This document shows, in pieces, positions 43,478 through 56,112 of a stretch of DNA of 64,000 bases. The notes below the pieces were generated by a model that worked only from the letters and a program-made list of their open reading frames with translations, did not search any database and was not told the DNA's origin. A program made the position numbers and the translations under genes. The stretch is from a virus. The stretch covers positions 1 to 64,000 of the IMG/VR virus record IMGVR_UViG_3300025828_004167, one strand, 5' to 3'. Numbering within the stretch: position 1 is the first letter of the stretch; the number at the start of each line of letters is the position of its first letter.

Positions 43478-46400
43478 TCAGGTGCGTTTGTGGGCTCCTC
43501 TGCTATGAATTGGGCCTGTTGTGATGTAGAACCCTGTAGTCCTTTACCATCAGCAGGATTACCATCCTTCGCAGTGTACCATACCTGTCCTCTCTTGTGT
43601 AATATCTTGATCTGTACGGCGTCAGCGGGTGCTGTGCTCAAAGTGACAACATTGGTGCTTCCGTCCACAGAATAGTTGATAGTTGATCCATCCTCGCTAG
43701 TGAGCAACAATCGTTGGCCACCAATGAATATGTCTAACTCACTAGCGAATGATGGGGTTTGTGATAGAGTGAACGCAATCGTACTGCCATCACCTGTGAA
43801 GGTGTTGGTGTATATCGTGTCCACGTAAGGGATGGTTTGAGTACCAGACGCGTCTACCACTGCTGTGCCTGATCCATGCTCCTTGACTCCTGTTCCCAAC
43901 GTACCACGCTTGATCTGTCCAAGTTGGTTGTTGGTCTTTGTAAAGTATTCGATTCTCTCCTTGCCTATGAACACCACTCCCGGTATTATGGTGCTAACCG
44001 TGGACCCGTCTAGACCAATCACAGTCTGTGGGTTGGCCAATACTGACCCATCCGCCACCGTTATGGTCTCGTCATCCACTGATAAAGTCTGCGTCAGTTC
44101 CGTGGTGTGTGTCTTAGAGATACGCTTGTAGAAAGTCCTGTTCATCATGTCCTTGAATATCCTGTAACCGGTTGCGCCCGTGGCAGTCTCTAATGCGAAG
44201 TACATCACATCTAATCTGTCAGATGACACGATTGTCTTGCCTGATATTGTGATAGTGCTTCCTGAAAGTGTGTAGTCGAATCCCTGTGCTAATTGCTGAC
44301 CGTTCAACCACACGAACATGTATGAAGAGTTCAGTGGTGTGTAGTACAGTTCATGTACACCGCTCGGTCTCCCCTCCAGCACTTCTCTCCTCATCTTAGT
44401 TCCAAGAGCATTATTAAAAGTAGTCACCCTCAACACGGAACCGTTCGTAAGTGTGTGACCGTCTGCGGCGATTTGAGCAGTGTCTAGAACTAGTGCTGAT
44501 GAACTGTCCCCGCCGTCGATCGTATAATGTTTATCAACCAAGGTCGTTATGGCTATCACATCTCCCTCCACTGCACCTGTACCTTGCATATGCACAGTCT
44601 GTGTCACAAGATCAACTTCATAGTTTCCCTCCTGAGCCACGGTGCCCTCTACTAATTTCCTTCCGTTGTAGTGTACCTCGATCTGATCTTTACTGGTGAT
44701 CACCTTGGCGGGATCCACCGTCGAACCATCACTCAGTCCAGATGTTACACCAAATGAGTATGTGGTTCCGTCACCCACGTAATATGTGGTGTCTGGCCCT
44801 CTTAAAACTTTTCCGTCCAGTTCCACTATTGTGAGTGCGTGGAAAGGCGAGACCGATCCCGGTGGGAATGTCATCGGCAAGGTTGTTGTGGAACCGTCGT
44901 ATATTATGTCCTCAGCTCTGATCTGTGCCACGCTCCTGGATATGCCTGTTTTCTGGAAACCTGCCACTTGTATGAAATCTCCTGCCGCTGGCGGTTCAAC
45001 GAATGTTATTGTCAAAGTGTTTGAGAAACTGCTTCCAGAAGACACGGTCGATGTGAACGCCGTTGTAGGTAATCCATTCTTGGTCACGTAGATCTCAGAC
45101 GCTGTTGAATCTATGTTGAAGTCTTCCCTCACAGATGTTGCGAACTCCACAGTCGATCCATCACCCGTGTACTGATCCAACACCCTGTAATTCTGTCCCG
45201 ATATAGCAAACACTTTTGTTGTGATGATGCTAGTGTTTGCTGGTGCTGACGTGAATGTGATGGTCTTGGCCGCTACATCCACTGTGTAGTCTGCCGCTGT
45301 CGAACCATCCAACGAAACTTTTTTAGTTACTCCGTCAACTGTCACCATGACTGATGCCAATGATCCTGGATATTCCCCTATAGAATAAGTGGTTGTGCTA
45401 CCATTACCTATGTAAGTTTTCTCTGTGATGAAAGGTACGCCCGATTCCGGTGAAGTGTACACCTTGATGTCCACTGTGTCAAAGATCTGTCCTGGCACGA
45501 CTTCCTCCGGTGCGTAACTGGTTGTGGGAGATAGGAACTCATCGCCATCCACGTTGATGTCTGAAGGTGCTGATCCCAGCGCCGAAGCATACAGTCCATC
45601 CTTGGTGAACAGTCCGCCTTTGATTATGGAATCAAGTGTCCTATCGTCCGTTGGTGTTAACACACCGTCGTCATCCGCTGGTATGAATTCTACTAGTGCG
45701 TTCTCGTCTGGTGTAGTGCTCAAAGTGAATGTTGTCGTGCTACCGTCTCCCGTGATCACATCTGACAGTTTGGTTCTTGTGCTGTCATCTTTTGATGTGT
45801 AAACGTAATACACTGATCCACTGGCCGGAGCCGTCGGGAAGGTATATGAGTTAGTTGATCCATCTGCTAGGAACGGCACCGTCCTTGATAATCCGTAATT
45901 GTCCCATGGGTAGTCATACCAAGCCGACTGATCCCAGCCCTGGCTCTGTGTGAATAATAGTCCTGTGACCATGGTTCCACCGTAGTCCACTCCCGACATT
46001 ACCTGTGAAAGTTCGTTGCCCGGCATTCCCGCCGCCGGTGTGTAGAATCCCTTGATCCTGTCCGCCGCCGTCAATCCTGACTCATCACCATAGTACTTGC
46101 TGACAGCACCTATGTTGTCGTCGAAGTCGGTGGTGGATGTGAAAGGACTGACCGCCTTGTACAATTCGTTGTCGTATCTGATCTTGTCACCGTAGGCGTA
46201 ACTGGTGTTGGCCGCCCAGTTGACCACTGTTGACGTGCTGGCTATCCTATCAAACTTGATTGTGGTGTTGAAATCCCTCACCAGGTCATTGCCTAGATTA
46301 GCATAGGCCTTGGCCACGTCTGTTGGTGTTGAACCGTCCGCCTTACCACCTGTTATGGTCACCGTTGGTGTGGTACTATAACCAAATCCTATACCCGTCA

Positions 46401-49400
46401 CAGTGATTGAAGTCACCGCGCCACCACTTATGGTCGCCGTTGCTGTGGCAGATGTTGAGTCATCGCCAGTGATTGTTACTGTGGGTGCCACTTCATATCC
46501 GGATCCACCGTAAAACACAGTTATAGATTGTACGTGCTTCCTGTGGTAGTCATACCACAACTGCCATGGGTACTGCGTGAGCCTGGTGGTCTCTGTGGCT
46601 GGGTTGATGGATCTTATCTTGCCAATGCTCTCGTCATAGAACGGTGGATTGTCGAAATCGGTTATGACACCATCGTGCTGTTCCGGCGCGTTGTAGCCCA
46701 GTTTGTACTCTCTTAATTTTGTGTGGAAAGGTTTGACCTCATTGATGTAGCTCTCTATCCAGTCATCCGTTCCCGTGGTGTATGTTTTCCTCTGGTCGAA
46801 CTGCCTCACCTTGTTGACCGCTGTTATGAAACTGGTCTTGAACATCCAATCAACATAGGTCTGTTCTTCCAGCACCTTCCTCAATCCCGTGAAGAACAGT
46901 GTGTTGTACTCGAATTTAAGGTCACCTATGAACAGGTCATCCCTCAATGCCGTCAATATCTTTCTCGTCTCAGTAACCGGTTCTTGGTCAAAGGTGTTGT
47001 CATCAAAGTTGTCCTCACCATCATAACCTGTGGCGTCTTGTGAATAATCATAGAGCTTAGTGCTCAATCTAATTGTGCCGTTTTCCGTGCCCACGTTTTC
47101 CCATCCTGTGGCCGTCCTCATGAACAGTTTCCACCCACCAGTGTCTGCACTGGTCACTTTCACATGTTTTCCAACTGCTAGGTCGAGGGCGTCAAGTTCG
47201 TACTCGAAGGTCACTTGTTTGTCGATCACGGTGTTCTCGTCGTGTACCATGTCGCCGTCGGTCTTATACCAGTCAGTGTAACTCCAGTAGTTTGATGTGT
47301 TGTATGTCTGTATCCTCGTCCTAGACCATTCCGTGCCATCCCATTGGTATATCGCCCAGTAGTTGTTTGCGGTCTCGTCTGATTTCACGAGGTAGTTCAC
47401 TGTTCCTGACAGGTCTCCTGTGTTCAAGTATCCCAACTCAGCATAGGTATCCACCTGCCCGTCCCATAGACCGCTGGCGCTGGTCGGCTCTGGCTCCTTG
47501 GCGTCAAGATTTGTTAGGCTTATCTGTCCCACCAGTTGGTTCTTCTTGAGAACCGAATTAGCGTAATCGATTATCTCCTTAAGTGCTGAGAATCTATCCA
47601 CGTACCAACTCTGTCTTGGTCTGATGTTGTTTCCATATTTCTGGTTCAAAGATAGATCCACGTCCGGAACGGCATCCCCCGAGATATTCTTACCACACAG
47701 TGAATCCCACCAACGAGACTCGATCTGGTGTCCTGGCCTGTAGTCCGGATCTCCTTCTCGTACTAGTTTCCATACCGAGTGTGCGTCTCCGTCAAATGAG
47801 TTGGTTCTGATGTCCACGTTCAACACGATATCGCTGTTGACGAGATCGTTCACGCCATTTATGATCAATTTGTTGGTGTCTGTTACCGAGTAATATTTCA
47901 TGCCTGAGTTTTCCGGGTTCCTGATCAGGTTCGCCACCAATGCCGTGGTGTTCTTCCTGTTCACCACCGAGTTTGACGGGATCGATGACCTGTTCTTGAC
48001 CCAAAAGTAGTACCTGTTCACAAATGTATCTACTCTAGAATCGTATTTCTGCACCACTGTGAAGTTTTCAGATGCCTCTCCTGTCACTGATGAGAATGCA
48101 CCCTCCTGTGTGCCTGACAGCGTGTTCCATTCAGTTGGAGTAAACTGAGATTCCGTCCATTCGTAAATGTCTATGCTGGATCCTGGGAAAGTTTTGCCCC
48201 AGTTGTTGACCTTGTATTCCTGCGTGCCTTGTTCGTACCATAACCATTTCACTGTTGAAAGGTCCCACCATACCTCACCAATGTGGTTTTCGGCCCATGG
48301 TGTCTTGGTGTTGGCATTGTCACCGGTATTGTACACTGCCGGATCCCATGGAGACTTGATGTTGATTTCTCTATCTGCCACTCCCAGTATCCTACCTTTC
48401 ATTGGATCATATAAATCGTAGTAATCCCTGATCTGCTTGGTCTTGTTATCAAAGTCAAATACCTGTCCAAGTTTGGCTATGTCTACTAATACCGTTTCTG
48501 TTGTGATGTTCTTCCATGCGTACTCGTCCTCTACCTTTAGGTCATAACAATATACTGTACCGTCATTGGTCAAGCCAGTATTGCCCTCGTCCTTTGGTGC
48601 TCCTATGAACAGGTTGTTGTCGATCATGCACACGCCCCTACCGAAGTCGTCGTTCTCCGAAACGTTATCTGATATTATTCTGTCATCCAATACAAACTTG
48701 GTATTGTACACCGTGGCAGTGTATGCCGCACCAGAACCTGTGTTGAGGTCAATTATATTAGTGTCTTGTAGGTCGAAAGTGGTCTCACCTGAATCAAATT
48801 TCATTGGTCTAGGATTGGCTGATTTCTCAGCACCTATGATCAATCTGGTTCCCGATTGGTTCATTGACAACGATGAACCGAACTTGGCATCAGAAATGTC
48901 CCCAGGCTCGTTTATGGTCTGATCCAATGTGTAGGTGTTGGTCGATCCATCCCTGTTCCATTTGTATATGTAGACTGCGCCCGCGTCGGCCTGATCTGCG
49001 TTATCCACTCCTGGTGCGCCTATGGCCAGTGTCGTACCGTCCTTGCTCATCGCAATCGACTCACCGAACGACGTATTCAAAGTTGAACCATCTTGTTCAA
49101 CACCTGTCAATGTCTGTGCCAGTGCGAATGAGTTGATCGTGCTCTCGTCATTTGCCTGTGATGTCCTCACGAATATCTCGACCTTGCCGGCATTGCCTGA
49201 CGCCACGGAACTCACGACAAGTATGTCGCCGTTGTCATTGACTTCTAGTTTGTGTCCAAACCTCTGTCCCGAACCACCCGCTGGAGCATCTATAATTAAA
49301 TCCTGTGTCCATGTGTCATATGTAGAACCATCAGCGCCAATGCCCCAGGTGTACATGTACACCCTACCTGTGTCGTTGTTGTGTCCTGGTGCTGTCACAA

Positions 49401-52400
49401 ACAGATATTTCTGGTTGGTGCTTCTAGTTGAACTTGTTGTTGGTTCAGCAATCTTGTGTGCCCATCCAAAATTCAGATCTTCATTTGCTGTGGATCCGTC
49501 TGTGGGTGCAGTCAATGTTGAAAGAGGACCATACTTGAATGTGTCTGGATCCCATACGTAAATCTTGATTAGCCCTTCGTTGTAATACCTAGTGCTTCCG
49601 TCATTGGTCAGTACATTCGTGTATGGTGCACCTGCGATCACGAAGTTCTCGTCTGTGCTGATCGACAATGATTCACCCAACCTGCTGGTGTTGTCATCGT
49701 TGTCGGTCATCGTGGTGGTGGCCTGTACGGAATATTCCGTACCAGCACTGTGACTAGATCTGAATAAGAAGTGTATTTCGCCTTGTCCTTTGCCTGGTGC
49801 CGATATGACTGCTGTCCTTCCGTCGTTACGCGCCACTACACGGTATCCGAAATCTTGATCTGCGGTCGTTGTGTCTGGGGACAGCGTCCTAAATTCTGTG
49901 TATGGATCCTGCTTCTCATAAACACGCCACAGCCCTGAACTGTCCGCGTCAGCGAAAACCTTGTCGCCCTCTACCTTGACCTGTTGGTTCTCATCCTTGT
50001 CATTGTAAACATTGTAGTTGATCCTGTCATTAACATTGTCCATCGAACTTAACCTCACGGAAACAAACTTGTAAACGTTGCCGTAACTGTCCGCCGTTGA
50101 ACCGTCCGCCAGGGTCGGTATGAAGTCAACATTGTCATCGTAGTCCACTATCACGGTCTTGTGGTCCGGCACGCTGGCCACCTGGAACACCCTGTTCAGT
50201 GTCGTGGCCTCACTGTTTGAGATCGCGAAGTAGTCGGCCTCGGTGGTGTTTGATCCTGCTGACAGTCCATGTGAACCTGTGAACTGTATCAACAGTCTCG
50301 TGGCATTCTCTGAAGTGCTAAGTTGATCTATCTTGATTCCGGCACTGGTCAGCCTGAACACGTCCCAGTCCTTGTTCTGCTTGTTGGCGACCCATATGAG
50401 ATCATTCTTTGTGATCGAGTTGATGTCAAGGTTCAGTAGGTCTGATATGTCAAACGCCGTGTGCTGTACCTGTTCCGTTTGTGGATAACCCGCTGTCTTG
50501 TACACCTGTGCCTTGTCCCTGTCCACCCCGGCCTTGGTATAGTCTAGGAGTGAGAAAGTGCTGGCGGCCGTATACTCCACAGGTTTCCTGTAAAGAGTTT
50601 CCTTGATTACCGCCAATGATCTTCGATATTCTTTCGTGTCTGCTGTGTTATCTAATAACTCGATGCTCTGGGGATCTGCATTAACTTGATCATCACTCAA
50701 GGTGATCTGTATGTTTTCCACGGAGTCTGTGTTGCCGAACACACCGGTCCTGATCATCCATTCTGGGTAGAGGCTTAGATTGATGTCTGAATTTTCATAC
50801 TTGGCCTTGAGCAATTTATCGATCGCGGCCTGTGTGCCCTTCTCTCTGATGTATCCTTGATAAAACTTGTACTGTGATACGTCATTCACAAACAAGTTCT
50901 CTAGGTAATCCCTCGATTGGTAACCTATCAGCCTCTGTGCCAACTGTTGTTGTGATTCGTCGAAGTTGTTGGTCTCGAGATTGTAGAAATCATTGAACTG
51001 AGATATCTTGTAGTCGAAGTTGGGTATCAGTTGCGGTGCTGGCTTGTCTGCTTTCAGCGTCCAATTAGTGCTGTCAAATGTACCAGTCGAGTTATGATTG
51101 ATCTTCGCAACATAGAACTTGCCTTGGTACTCTACAGAATCACCTATCCTATAATTGGTGTTGTCTTCCCAGTACGTGACCTGCGCGGCGTCGAAAACAA
51201 AACCTGGTGCGTAATAGTCGCCATTCCAGTTTGCTGTTTTCCAGCCCACTAGTTTCAACCTCTGTTGTCTGAATCCCGTGAATGGTTCATATATTATGTC
51301 TGAGAACACTGTGCTGTTGTCAAATATCAACACATGTTCCTTCTGAACTGTGTTTAATGAAATATTGTATAACCCGATGTCTTGGGATTTGACACTCAAG
51401 TCAAAAGTTTTACCAACACGTTTTGTTGATATCTCACGTATGTCTATCTTCCTACCTCCAGCGTCTAACAATGAGTAGTCGCCTGCAAGGTTCCTTAACC
51501 TACCAACTATGCTGTTGTTGGTATCTAATTCAAAACCGTCCGCGGCCGGTGACACTGTAATTGCCGAACCAGGTGACCACTCTTGTGTGGTCCAGAACAG
51601 GAATTCTCTGACTGCGTTGGTCCAGTTGAGTGTCTCCTTTATCTCATTCGAATATTTGTTGAATCGGAAACTCTGCGATTCTAACCAGTGTCCATATCCC
51701 AGTAGGAAATCCGCCACGTCCTGAATGGTGCTGAACACATAACCATAAGGTATGGTCTGCACGGTCTCTTGATAATTCTTGTATTGTGAAACAGCCACTG
51801 ACCCTGTTACAGATAATGTGCCAGCGACAGTGGATTTTGCTGGATAGTTGAACTTGAAGTAAGGTTTTGTTGTTGAGTAACCCAGCACTTTGTATCCTCC
51901 CAACAGTGTCGACCCGTCTACACCTATGTCCGTGTTTTTTTCGATCAACACGCCTGAGTAGTTAAAGCTCTCAACCGGATTGGATGTTCTAAACAGAATC
52001 TTGTAGTTCTCGTCTGGTATGAATTTAGATCCCGAGGTGGATCCCGGAGAAACAGAATCGGTCAGTACCTTGATGTTGTCCTTGTCAGTGAACCCTCCCA
52101 ACTTGTAGGCCAACTGCACATTCAAGTTTTTCATCTTGTCATAATAGAATGTTTTTGGATCTAGGTTCTTGGCCACCATGTGGTTTACCACAAAAACTTG
52201 GTACCCCGCTGTCTGATATCTCGTTGTTATTCCCGTGTTGTTGTCCGTCAAAGTTTCGAGGTGATATTTCGCGTTCGAAAGTTGTTTCCTTATTCCCGTG
52301 TCGGCGTATATCTGGTTCCCGGCAACGTTTGTGGATAACCTGGAAACATCAAAGAAGTTCGAGAAGAACTTGGCCGGTTTTGTTATGGCCAGTGTCTTCA

Positions 52401-55400
52401 TGACCGTGAAAGGGTATGCTGACGACCTTCTCCATGCCGTCTCCGCTGGTGCTTGGTCACCAAACTTCCAAGGCTGTCTCCTGCTTGGTATGTCAAAATT
52501 ATCTATCAGTCTCGCCGCGATCGGATCGAGCAAGTTACCCGAAGCGTCCACTGGTAGATAGTTGGCGATGCCTGGCTTGCCATACCTGCCGGCCGCTGTG
52601 GCAACCGCGTTCCATAGTATGTCATTGCCAGAAGTGTAGGGTGCTGGTCCGTAGGTGTCATCCCATGTGCTTGGTTTCTCGGAGTACCCCAACATCTCCC
52701 ATGGTCTAGTGTGTGGTGCGTCTGTGTCGTAGTGGTACTTGTAGATGGCCCTCCAGTGTCCTGGCAGTTTAGCACCAGTCAGTCTGCCCGTCGAGTTGGC
52801 ATAGTTGTAAGTGAACGGAGATCCCTCCGAGAACGTTGTGTTATTGATGTACTGCACACTGTTACGTCCCGCCCACACATAGAAGTCAGTGCCCATGATG
52901 TCATCTATCTCTACGAGGGTGTAATCTGTAGATTTAAACGCACTTGGTAGGACATCATGTATGTCTAACAACGTGCTGTCGTATGCTGTCTTGCAGTTGT
53001 TGTATATCCTCTTTTCGAGTTCCAGTATCAGATCATCACGTTCATCACCGTAGGCCTTGATTATAGATCCGTCGTGTCTTCTTATTACTGTAGTGTTGGT
53101 TGTGTATGTGTCATCCGTGAATAACTCGGGTTTGAATTTTGGATACATTCCCAACTTGGTAGGCGTTGGCGGTATGTAACTTCCAGTTGTGTCGGCGTAA
53201 TCCTTGATCACTATTGTGTCGCCCACTGCAAGTGCTTTTGATATGTTTATACTATCGTCGGTTGTGCTGAATGTGTAATCTGTGCCCAATACAAGTTGTG
53301 TGTCATTAAGATAAACGTATACCGCCCTGTTACTCAGTGTTGTGACATTGTGCTGTGAATCCATAGCGTAATCTTTTTGGGAAGTGCCCTGTACCGTGTA
53401 TGTCCTTGTTGAGACGTTTTGTCCCCAACCCACCATATCCTCGTAGAAAAACGGAAATGAACTGTTCTTGCCTACGTTAATACTTTCGATTATCTCATCC
53501 ACACGATCTCTAGCCACACCCTCGTATGCCGTTCCGATTGCTTTTGTCAAGAATGCGTTGTACCATTTCTCGTATTCCTGGTTGACGTAGTCAATGGCCG
53601 CGATGGCGTTTGCTTCCTGGTCCACTAGATTGAATATCGCTGGCACCAACGGTGCCTCGTGTTGGTGTATAGTACCACCTTTCAATCTCGCTTCCGGTAT
53701 GTCCCTGAGATTCGTAGCACCTGGGACCGCGCCTGTGAGATCTTGGTTCTTGTCAAATATGTCAGTGACATGTTTCAGTATCTGTCCATACGTGAACGTG
53801 CCTATGGTCTGGTTTAAACTGTTCGTTGAGAGGTTCTCGGGTATCTCATAGATGCCCTTGTTAGTGACCTTGATGGCACTGCTGTAGCCGGCTATCCTGA
53901 TTTGATCATTGACTTTCAGTTCTTTGACGAATCTCACATACTTGTTGGTTGTGCCGTTGACCAAGGTGTAGTCCGTGGTCAGTGTCTTCCTCACACCATT
54001 CACTGACACACTTATCTCCAGATCCGTTAATGACGCGGAGTTGGTGTAGAAATCAATTGGAAAGAGTCTCTTCTCTGTGTCATCGACTATATGCGTCCTG
54101 ATCACACGCTGTTTGCTCTCGTTGGTACGCTTGATCCAAGCACTCTTGCTATTGTGCGTGGTCCTGCCTGTTGTGTAGTGTAGGTGTCCCTCGGCCAAGT
54201 TCTTGGTCACTGTCTTGCCATCCACTTGATATGTGAACGTTCCTGACGTATGATCAGATTCGAAAACCATGTCTCCCACGTTATTGATGGTGTTGTACTT
54301 GACCTTTATACCCAGCACCGTGTCTGTGGTCGCAGTGTCTGACGTGGCATAGGCAAATACTTTGGCTCCTGCGAATGACGAGTTGGGATACGCCGTGGCG
54401 TCGTCGAAACTGGTGTGGTTGTTGTCGTACATGTTGAACAACGGCTGTTGGTTCAACGCTGTCTTCTGTTGTGTAATTTTCCATGTTGTGGAAGCGGCAT
54501 CATAGTAGTATGACTTACCCTTGTTGTTAACTCCACCTTTGACAAACACCGTGTCCTTGTCCAGTGCCGTGCCGTTAGTGTCCTCGTTCAATGTCAACGA
54601 CAGCACCGTGGAATCACCTGCGTCGACGAAGTTGGCCACGTATACCTTACTCCTCACCAACGGATCGGTGTCCGCCGAGAATATGATCCTCATGCCGTCT
54701 GTTATGGCAGTCTCGTCACAGAAGTATCCAAACTGTCCTGAGACCTGACTGAACGCGTCCCTGGTGGTCGTGTCGAAGAGGTCCACTGGATTCTTGGCCA
54801 CTGTTCCTGAGTTGTACAGTGACAGTCCCGAATCAAATTCAATTATGGGTCTCTTGGCCCTGTCCGTCTCATCAAGAACCGTGCTTGTTCCATTTACCTG
54901 CGACGCTTTTTCTATCACGGATCTGTGGAACCACCTGTTGTATCTTGACCATGCGTTGTGATCTAGTGAATCCCTCTTGATTGTTATGTAATCCTTATCC
55001 ACCGGAGAACCATCCGTGGCGTAGCTCTCTGGAGTGGCCAGCACCGTGGTATCGGTCAAGGTGATTGCATCTCCAACCCCCTCTACGTAGTATTCCTTGT
55101 TCCTGTACGCGGCTGGGACCTTGCTGGAACTGAACTTGATCTTCATGCCGTTTGAAAATGCCAGTGTCCTCAATTTGTAATTCTTGACTCCCACTATGTC
55201 GTCGGCCACGTTGATCTGTGATGTGGAGGCCACTGTCCTTATGTGTAGTATTCCGTACATGCCGTCATGATTACCACACTGGTAATATAAAGTGTCGGGT
55301 GCTCCGTCTGGCACCACAAATGTCACAGTGCCCTGATCAGCACCGTTGTTGGTCACACCAGATGTGTACAACACCGATGTTGACCCATCAGCGCCAATAC

Positions 55401-56112
55401 CGTCCCTGCTGGGCTCGGTCATTATGTAGAATGGATGTCCCTGTGCTTCCACTGTGAACTTGTAGGTGTTGCCCCTCCAGAGCGTCATGTCTGGATTCCT
55501 CTCGTTCTCGAGATGTCGGAAAGTGTATGCCCTTCCGGAAGATCCGTCATCGGGTAGTGCTTCCACCTTGTATTCCGCTACCGCACCTGTGCCGACTGAA
55601 TCAATTTCTATGGCGCTCGGTCCATTGGGTAGCCAGTAGTATTCTCTGTAGTTGACCAACTTGTCGTAGTCTATGGCCGGGTTCCAACTGTACACGGTCT
55701 CCTTGTTGAGCCTGTCATGGTTGTCGACCTTGCCTCCTAGGTACTGGATCTGATTGATGTAGTCGTCATACGTTCCTGTGAACTTGACCTGGTCCTCTGG
55801 ATTCACCGAAGTTGTGTCTCTGTCCGTGTATGTCACGGCTGGTTCCAATTGATATGCGAACCTATCCCTGCTGGTGGCGCCTATGTATCTGTCTGTGATC
55901 TGCCTGGTGTAAGCGTCCTGCCTTCCTACGAACCCGTCTAATCTCTCCAGTTGACCTTTCTGTACTAGTGGATCTAAAGTGCTGGCCAGGAAACGCTGGT
56001 TGGTGTCGGTCCTGTAAAACGCTGGTAGGTGCTGTACCGTCCTACGATACTCGTTCGTGCCCTGCTTGACGACTTCGTTGTTGGTCAGTGCGTTAATTGG
56101 ATCGTCGGCCAT
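43474..56112 (-). CDS. 4212-aa giant virion protein (baseplate wedge/gp7-position protein with beta-propeller and GDGST repeats)
   Basis: Directly follows gp6-like gene; [16 protein letters not shown]-like repeats (FG...IGAP...G.VY), a cupredoxin-like segment, and C-terminal ERI.Y...RGTLGT. Confidence 0.75.
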   Translation of the reverse strand: MADDPINALTNNEVVKQGTNEYRRTVQHLPAFYRTDTNQRFLASTLDPLVQKGQLERLDGFVGRQDAYTRQITDRYIGATSRDRFAYQLEPAVTYTDRDTTSVNPEDQVKFTGTYDDYINQIQYLGGKVDNHDRLNKETVYSWNPAIDYDKLVNYREYYWLPNGPSAIEIDSVGTGAVAEYKVEALPDDGSSGRAYTFRHLENERNPDMTLWRGNTYKFTVEAQGHPFYIMTEPSRDGIGADGSTSVLYTSGVTNNGADQGTVTFVVPDGAPDTLYYQCGNHDGMYGILHIRTVASTSQINVADDIVGVKNYKLRTLAFSNGMKIKFSSSKVPAAYRNKEYYVEGVGDAITLTDTTVLATPESYATDGSPVDKDYITIKRDSLDHNAWSRYNRWFHRSVIEKASQVNGTSTVLDETDRAKRPIIEFDSGLSLYNSGTVAKNPVDLFDTTTRDAFSQVSGQFGYFCDETAITDGMRIIFSADTDPLVRSKVYVANFVDAGDSTVLSLTLNEDTNGTALDKDTVFVKGGVNNKGKSYYYDAASTTWKITQQKTALNQQPLFNMYDNNHTSFDDATAYPNSSFAGAKVFAYATSDTATTDTVLGIKVKYNTINNVGDMVFESDHTSGTFTYQVDGKTVTKNLAEGHLHYTTGRTTHNSKSAWIKRTNESKQRVIRTHIVDDTEKRLFPIDFYTNSASLTDLEISVSVNGVRKTLTTDYTLVNGTTNKYVRFVKELKVNDQIRIAGYSSAIKVTNKGIYEIPENLSTNSLNQTIGTFTYGQILKHVTDIFDKNQDLTGAVPGATNLRDIPEARLKGGTIHQHEAPLVPAIFNLVDQEANAIAAIDYVNQEYEKWYNAFLTKAIGTAYEGVARDRVDEIIESINVGKNSSFPFFYEDMVGWGQNVSTRTYTVQGTSQKDYAMDSQHNVTTLSNRAVYVYLNDTQLVLGTDYTFSTTDDSINISKALAVGDTIVIKDYADTTGSYIPPTPTKLGMYPKFKPELFTDDTYTTNTTVIRRHDGSIIKAYGDERDDLILELEKRIYNNCKTAYDSTLLDIHDVLPSAFKSTDYTLVEIDDIMGTDFYVWAGRNSVQYINNTTFSEGSPFTYNYANSTGRLTGAKLPGHWRAIYKYHYDTDAPHTRPWEMLGYSEKPSTWDDTYGPAPYTSGNDILWNAVATAAGRYGKPGIANYLPVDASGNLLDPIAARLIDNFDIPSRRQPWKFGDQAPAETAWRRSSAYPFTVMKTLAITKPAKFFSNFFDVSRLSTNVAGNQIYADTGIRKQLSNAKYHLETLTDNNTGITTRYQTAGYQVFVVNHMVAKNLDPKTFYYDKMKNLNVQLAYKLGGFTDKDNIKVLTDSVSPGSTSGSKFIPDENYKILFRTSNPVESFNYSGVLIEKNTDIGVDGSTLLGGYKVLGYSTTKPYFKFNYPAKSTVAGTLSVTGSVAVSQYKNYQETVQTIPYGYVFSTIQDVADFLLGYGHWLESQSFRFNKYSNEIKETLNWTNAVREFLFWTTQEWSPGSAITVSPAADGFELDTNNSIVGRLRNLAGDYSLLDAGGRKIDIREISTKRVGKTFDLSVKSQDIGLYNISLNTVQKEHVLIFDNSTVFSDIIYEPFTGFRQQRLKLVGWKTANWNGDYYAPGFVFDAAQVTYWEDNTNYRIGDSVEYQGKFYVAKINHNSTGTFDSTNWTLKADKPAPQLIPNFDYKISQFNDFYNLETNNFDESQQQLAQRLIGYQSRDYLENLFVNDVSQYKFYQGYIREKGTQAAIDKLLKAKYENSDINLSLYPEWMIRTGVFGNTDSVENIQITLSDDQVNADPQSIELLDNTADTKEYRRSLAVIKETLYRKPVEYTAASTFSLLDYTKAGVDRDKAQVYKTAGYPQTEQVQHTAFDISDLLNLDINSITKNDLIWVANKQNKDWDVFRLTSAGIKIDQLSTSENATRLLIQFTGSHGLSAGSNTTEADYFAISNSEATTLNRVFQVASVPDHKTVIVDYDDNVDFIPTLADGSTADSYGNVYKFVSVRLSSMDNVNDRINYNVYNDKDENQQVKVEGDKVFADADSSGLWRVYEKQDPYTEFRTLSPDTTTADQDFGYRVVARNDGRTAVISAPGKGQGEIHFLFRSSHSAGTEYSVQATTTMTDNDDNTSRLGESLSISTDENFVIAGAPYTNVLTNDGSTRYYNEGLIKIYVWDPDTFKYGPLSTLTAPTDGSTANEDLNFGWAHKIAEPTTSSTRSTNQKYLFVTAPGHNNDTGRVYMYTWGIGADGSTYDTWTQDLIIDAPAGGSGQRFGHKLEVNDNGDILVVSSVASGNAGKVEIFVRTSQANDESTINSFALAQTLTGVEQDGSTLNTSFGESIAMSKDGTTLAIGAPGVDNADQADAGAVYIYKWNRDGSTNTYTLDQTINEPGDISDAKFGSSLSMNQSGTRLIIGAEKSANPRPMKFDSGETTFDLQDTNIIDLNTGSGAAYTATVYNTKFVLDDRIISDNVSENDDFGRGVCMIDNNLFIGAPKDEGNTGLTNDGTVYCYDLKVEDEYAWKNITTETVLVDIAKLGQVFDFDNKTKQIRDYYDLYDPMKGRILGVADREINIKSPWDPAVYNTGDNANTKTPWAENHIGEVWWDLSTVKWLWYEQGTQEYKVNNWGKTFPGSSIDIYEWTESQFTPTEWNTLSGTQEGAFSSVTGEASENFTVVQKYDSRVDTFVNRYYFWVKNRSSIPSNSVVNRKNTTALVANLIRNPENSGMKYYSVTDTNKLIINGVNDLVNSDIVLNVDIRTNSFDGDAHSVWKLVREGDPDYRPGHQIESRWWDSLCGKNISGDAVPDVDLSLNQKYGNNIRPRQSWYVDRFSALKEIIDYANSVLKKNQLVGQISLTNLDAKEPEPTSASGLWDGQVDTYAELGYLNTGDLSGTVNYLVKSDETANNYWAIYQWDGTEWSRTRIQTYNTSNYWSYTDWYKTDGDMVHDENTVIDKQVTFEYELDALDLAVGKHVKVTSADTGGWKLFMRTATGWENVGTENGTIRLSTKLYDYSQDATGYDGEDNFDDNTFDQEPVTETRKILTALRDDLFIGDLKFEYNTLFFTGLRKVLEEQTYVDWMFKTSFITAVNKVRQFDQRKTYTTGTDDWIESYINEVKPFHTKLREYKLGYNAPEQHDGVITDFDNPPFYDESIGKIRSINPATETTRLTQYPWQLWYDYHRKHVQSITVFYGGSGYEVAPTVTITGDDSTSATATATISGGAVTSITVTGIGFGYSTTPTVTITGGKADGSTPTDVAKAYANLGNDLVRDFNTTIKFDRIASTSTVVNWAANTSYAYGDKIRYDNELYKAVSPFTSTTDFDDNIGAVSKYYGDESGLTAADRIKGFYTPAAGMPGNELSQVMSGVDYGGTMVTGLLFTQSQGWDQSAWYDYPWDNYGLSRTVPFLADGSTNSYTFPTAPASGSVYYVYTSKDDSTRTKLSDVITGDGSTTTFTLSTTPDENALVEFIPADDDGVLTPTDDRTLDSIIKGGLFTKDGLYASALGSAPSDINVDGDEFLSPTTSYAPEEVVPGQIFDTVDIKVYTSPESGVPFITEKTYIGNGSTTTYSIGEYPGSLASVMVTVDGVTKKVSLDGSTAADYTVDVAAKTITFTSAPANTSIITTKVFAISGQNYRVLDQYTGDGSTVEFATSVREDFNIDSTASEIYVTKNGLPTTAFTSTVSSGSSFSNTLTITFVEPPAAGDFIQVAGFQKTGISRSVAQIRAEDIIYDGSTTTLPMTFPPGSVSPFHALTIVELDGKVLRGPDTTYYVGDGTTYSFGVTSGLSDGSTVDPAKVITSKDQIEVHYNGRKLVEGTVAQEGNYEVDLVTQTVHMQGTGAVEGDVIAITTLVDKHYTIDGGDSSSALVLDTAQIAADGHTLTNGSVLRVTTFNNALGTKMRREVLEGRPSGVHELYYTPLNSSYMFVWLNGQQLAQGFDYTLSGSTITISGKTIVSSDRLDVMYFALETATGATGYRIFKDMMNRTFYKRISKTHTTELTQTLSVDDETITVADGSVLANPQTVIGLDGSTVSTIIPGVVFIGKERIEYFTKTNNQLGQIKRGTLGTGVKEHGSGTAVVDASGTQTIPYVDTIYTNTFTGDGSTIAFTLSQTPSFASELDIFIGGQRLLLTSEDGSTINYSVDGSTNVVTLSTAPADAVQIKILHKRGQVWYTAKDGNPADGKGLQGSTSQQAQFIAEEPTNAPE

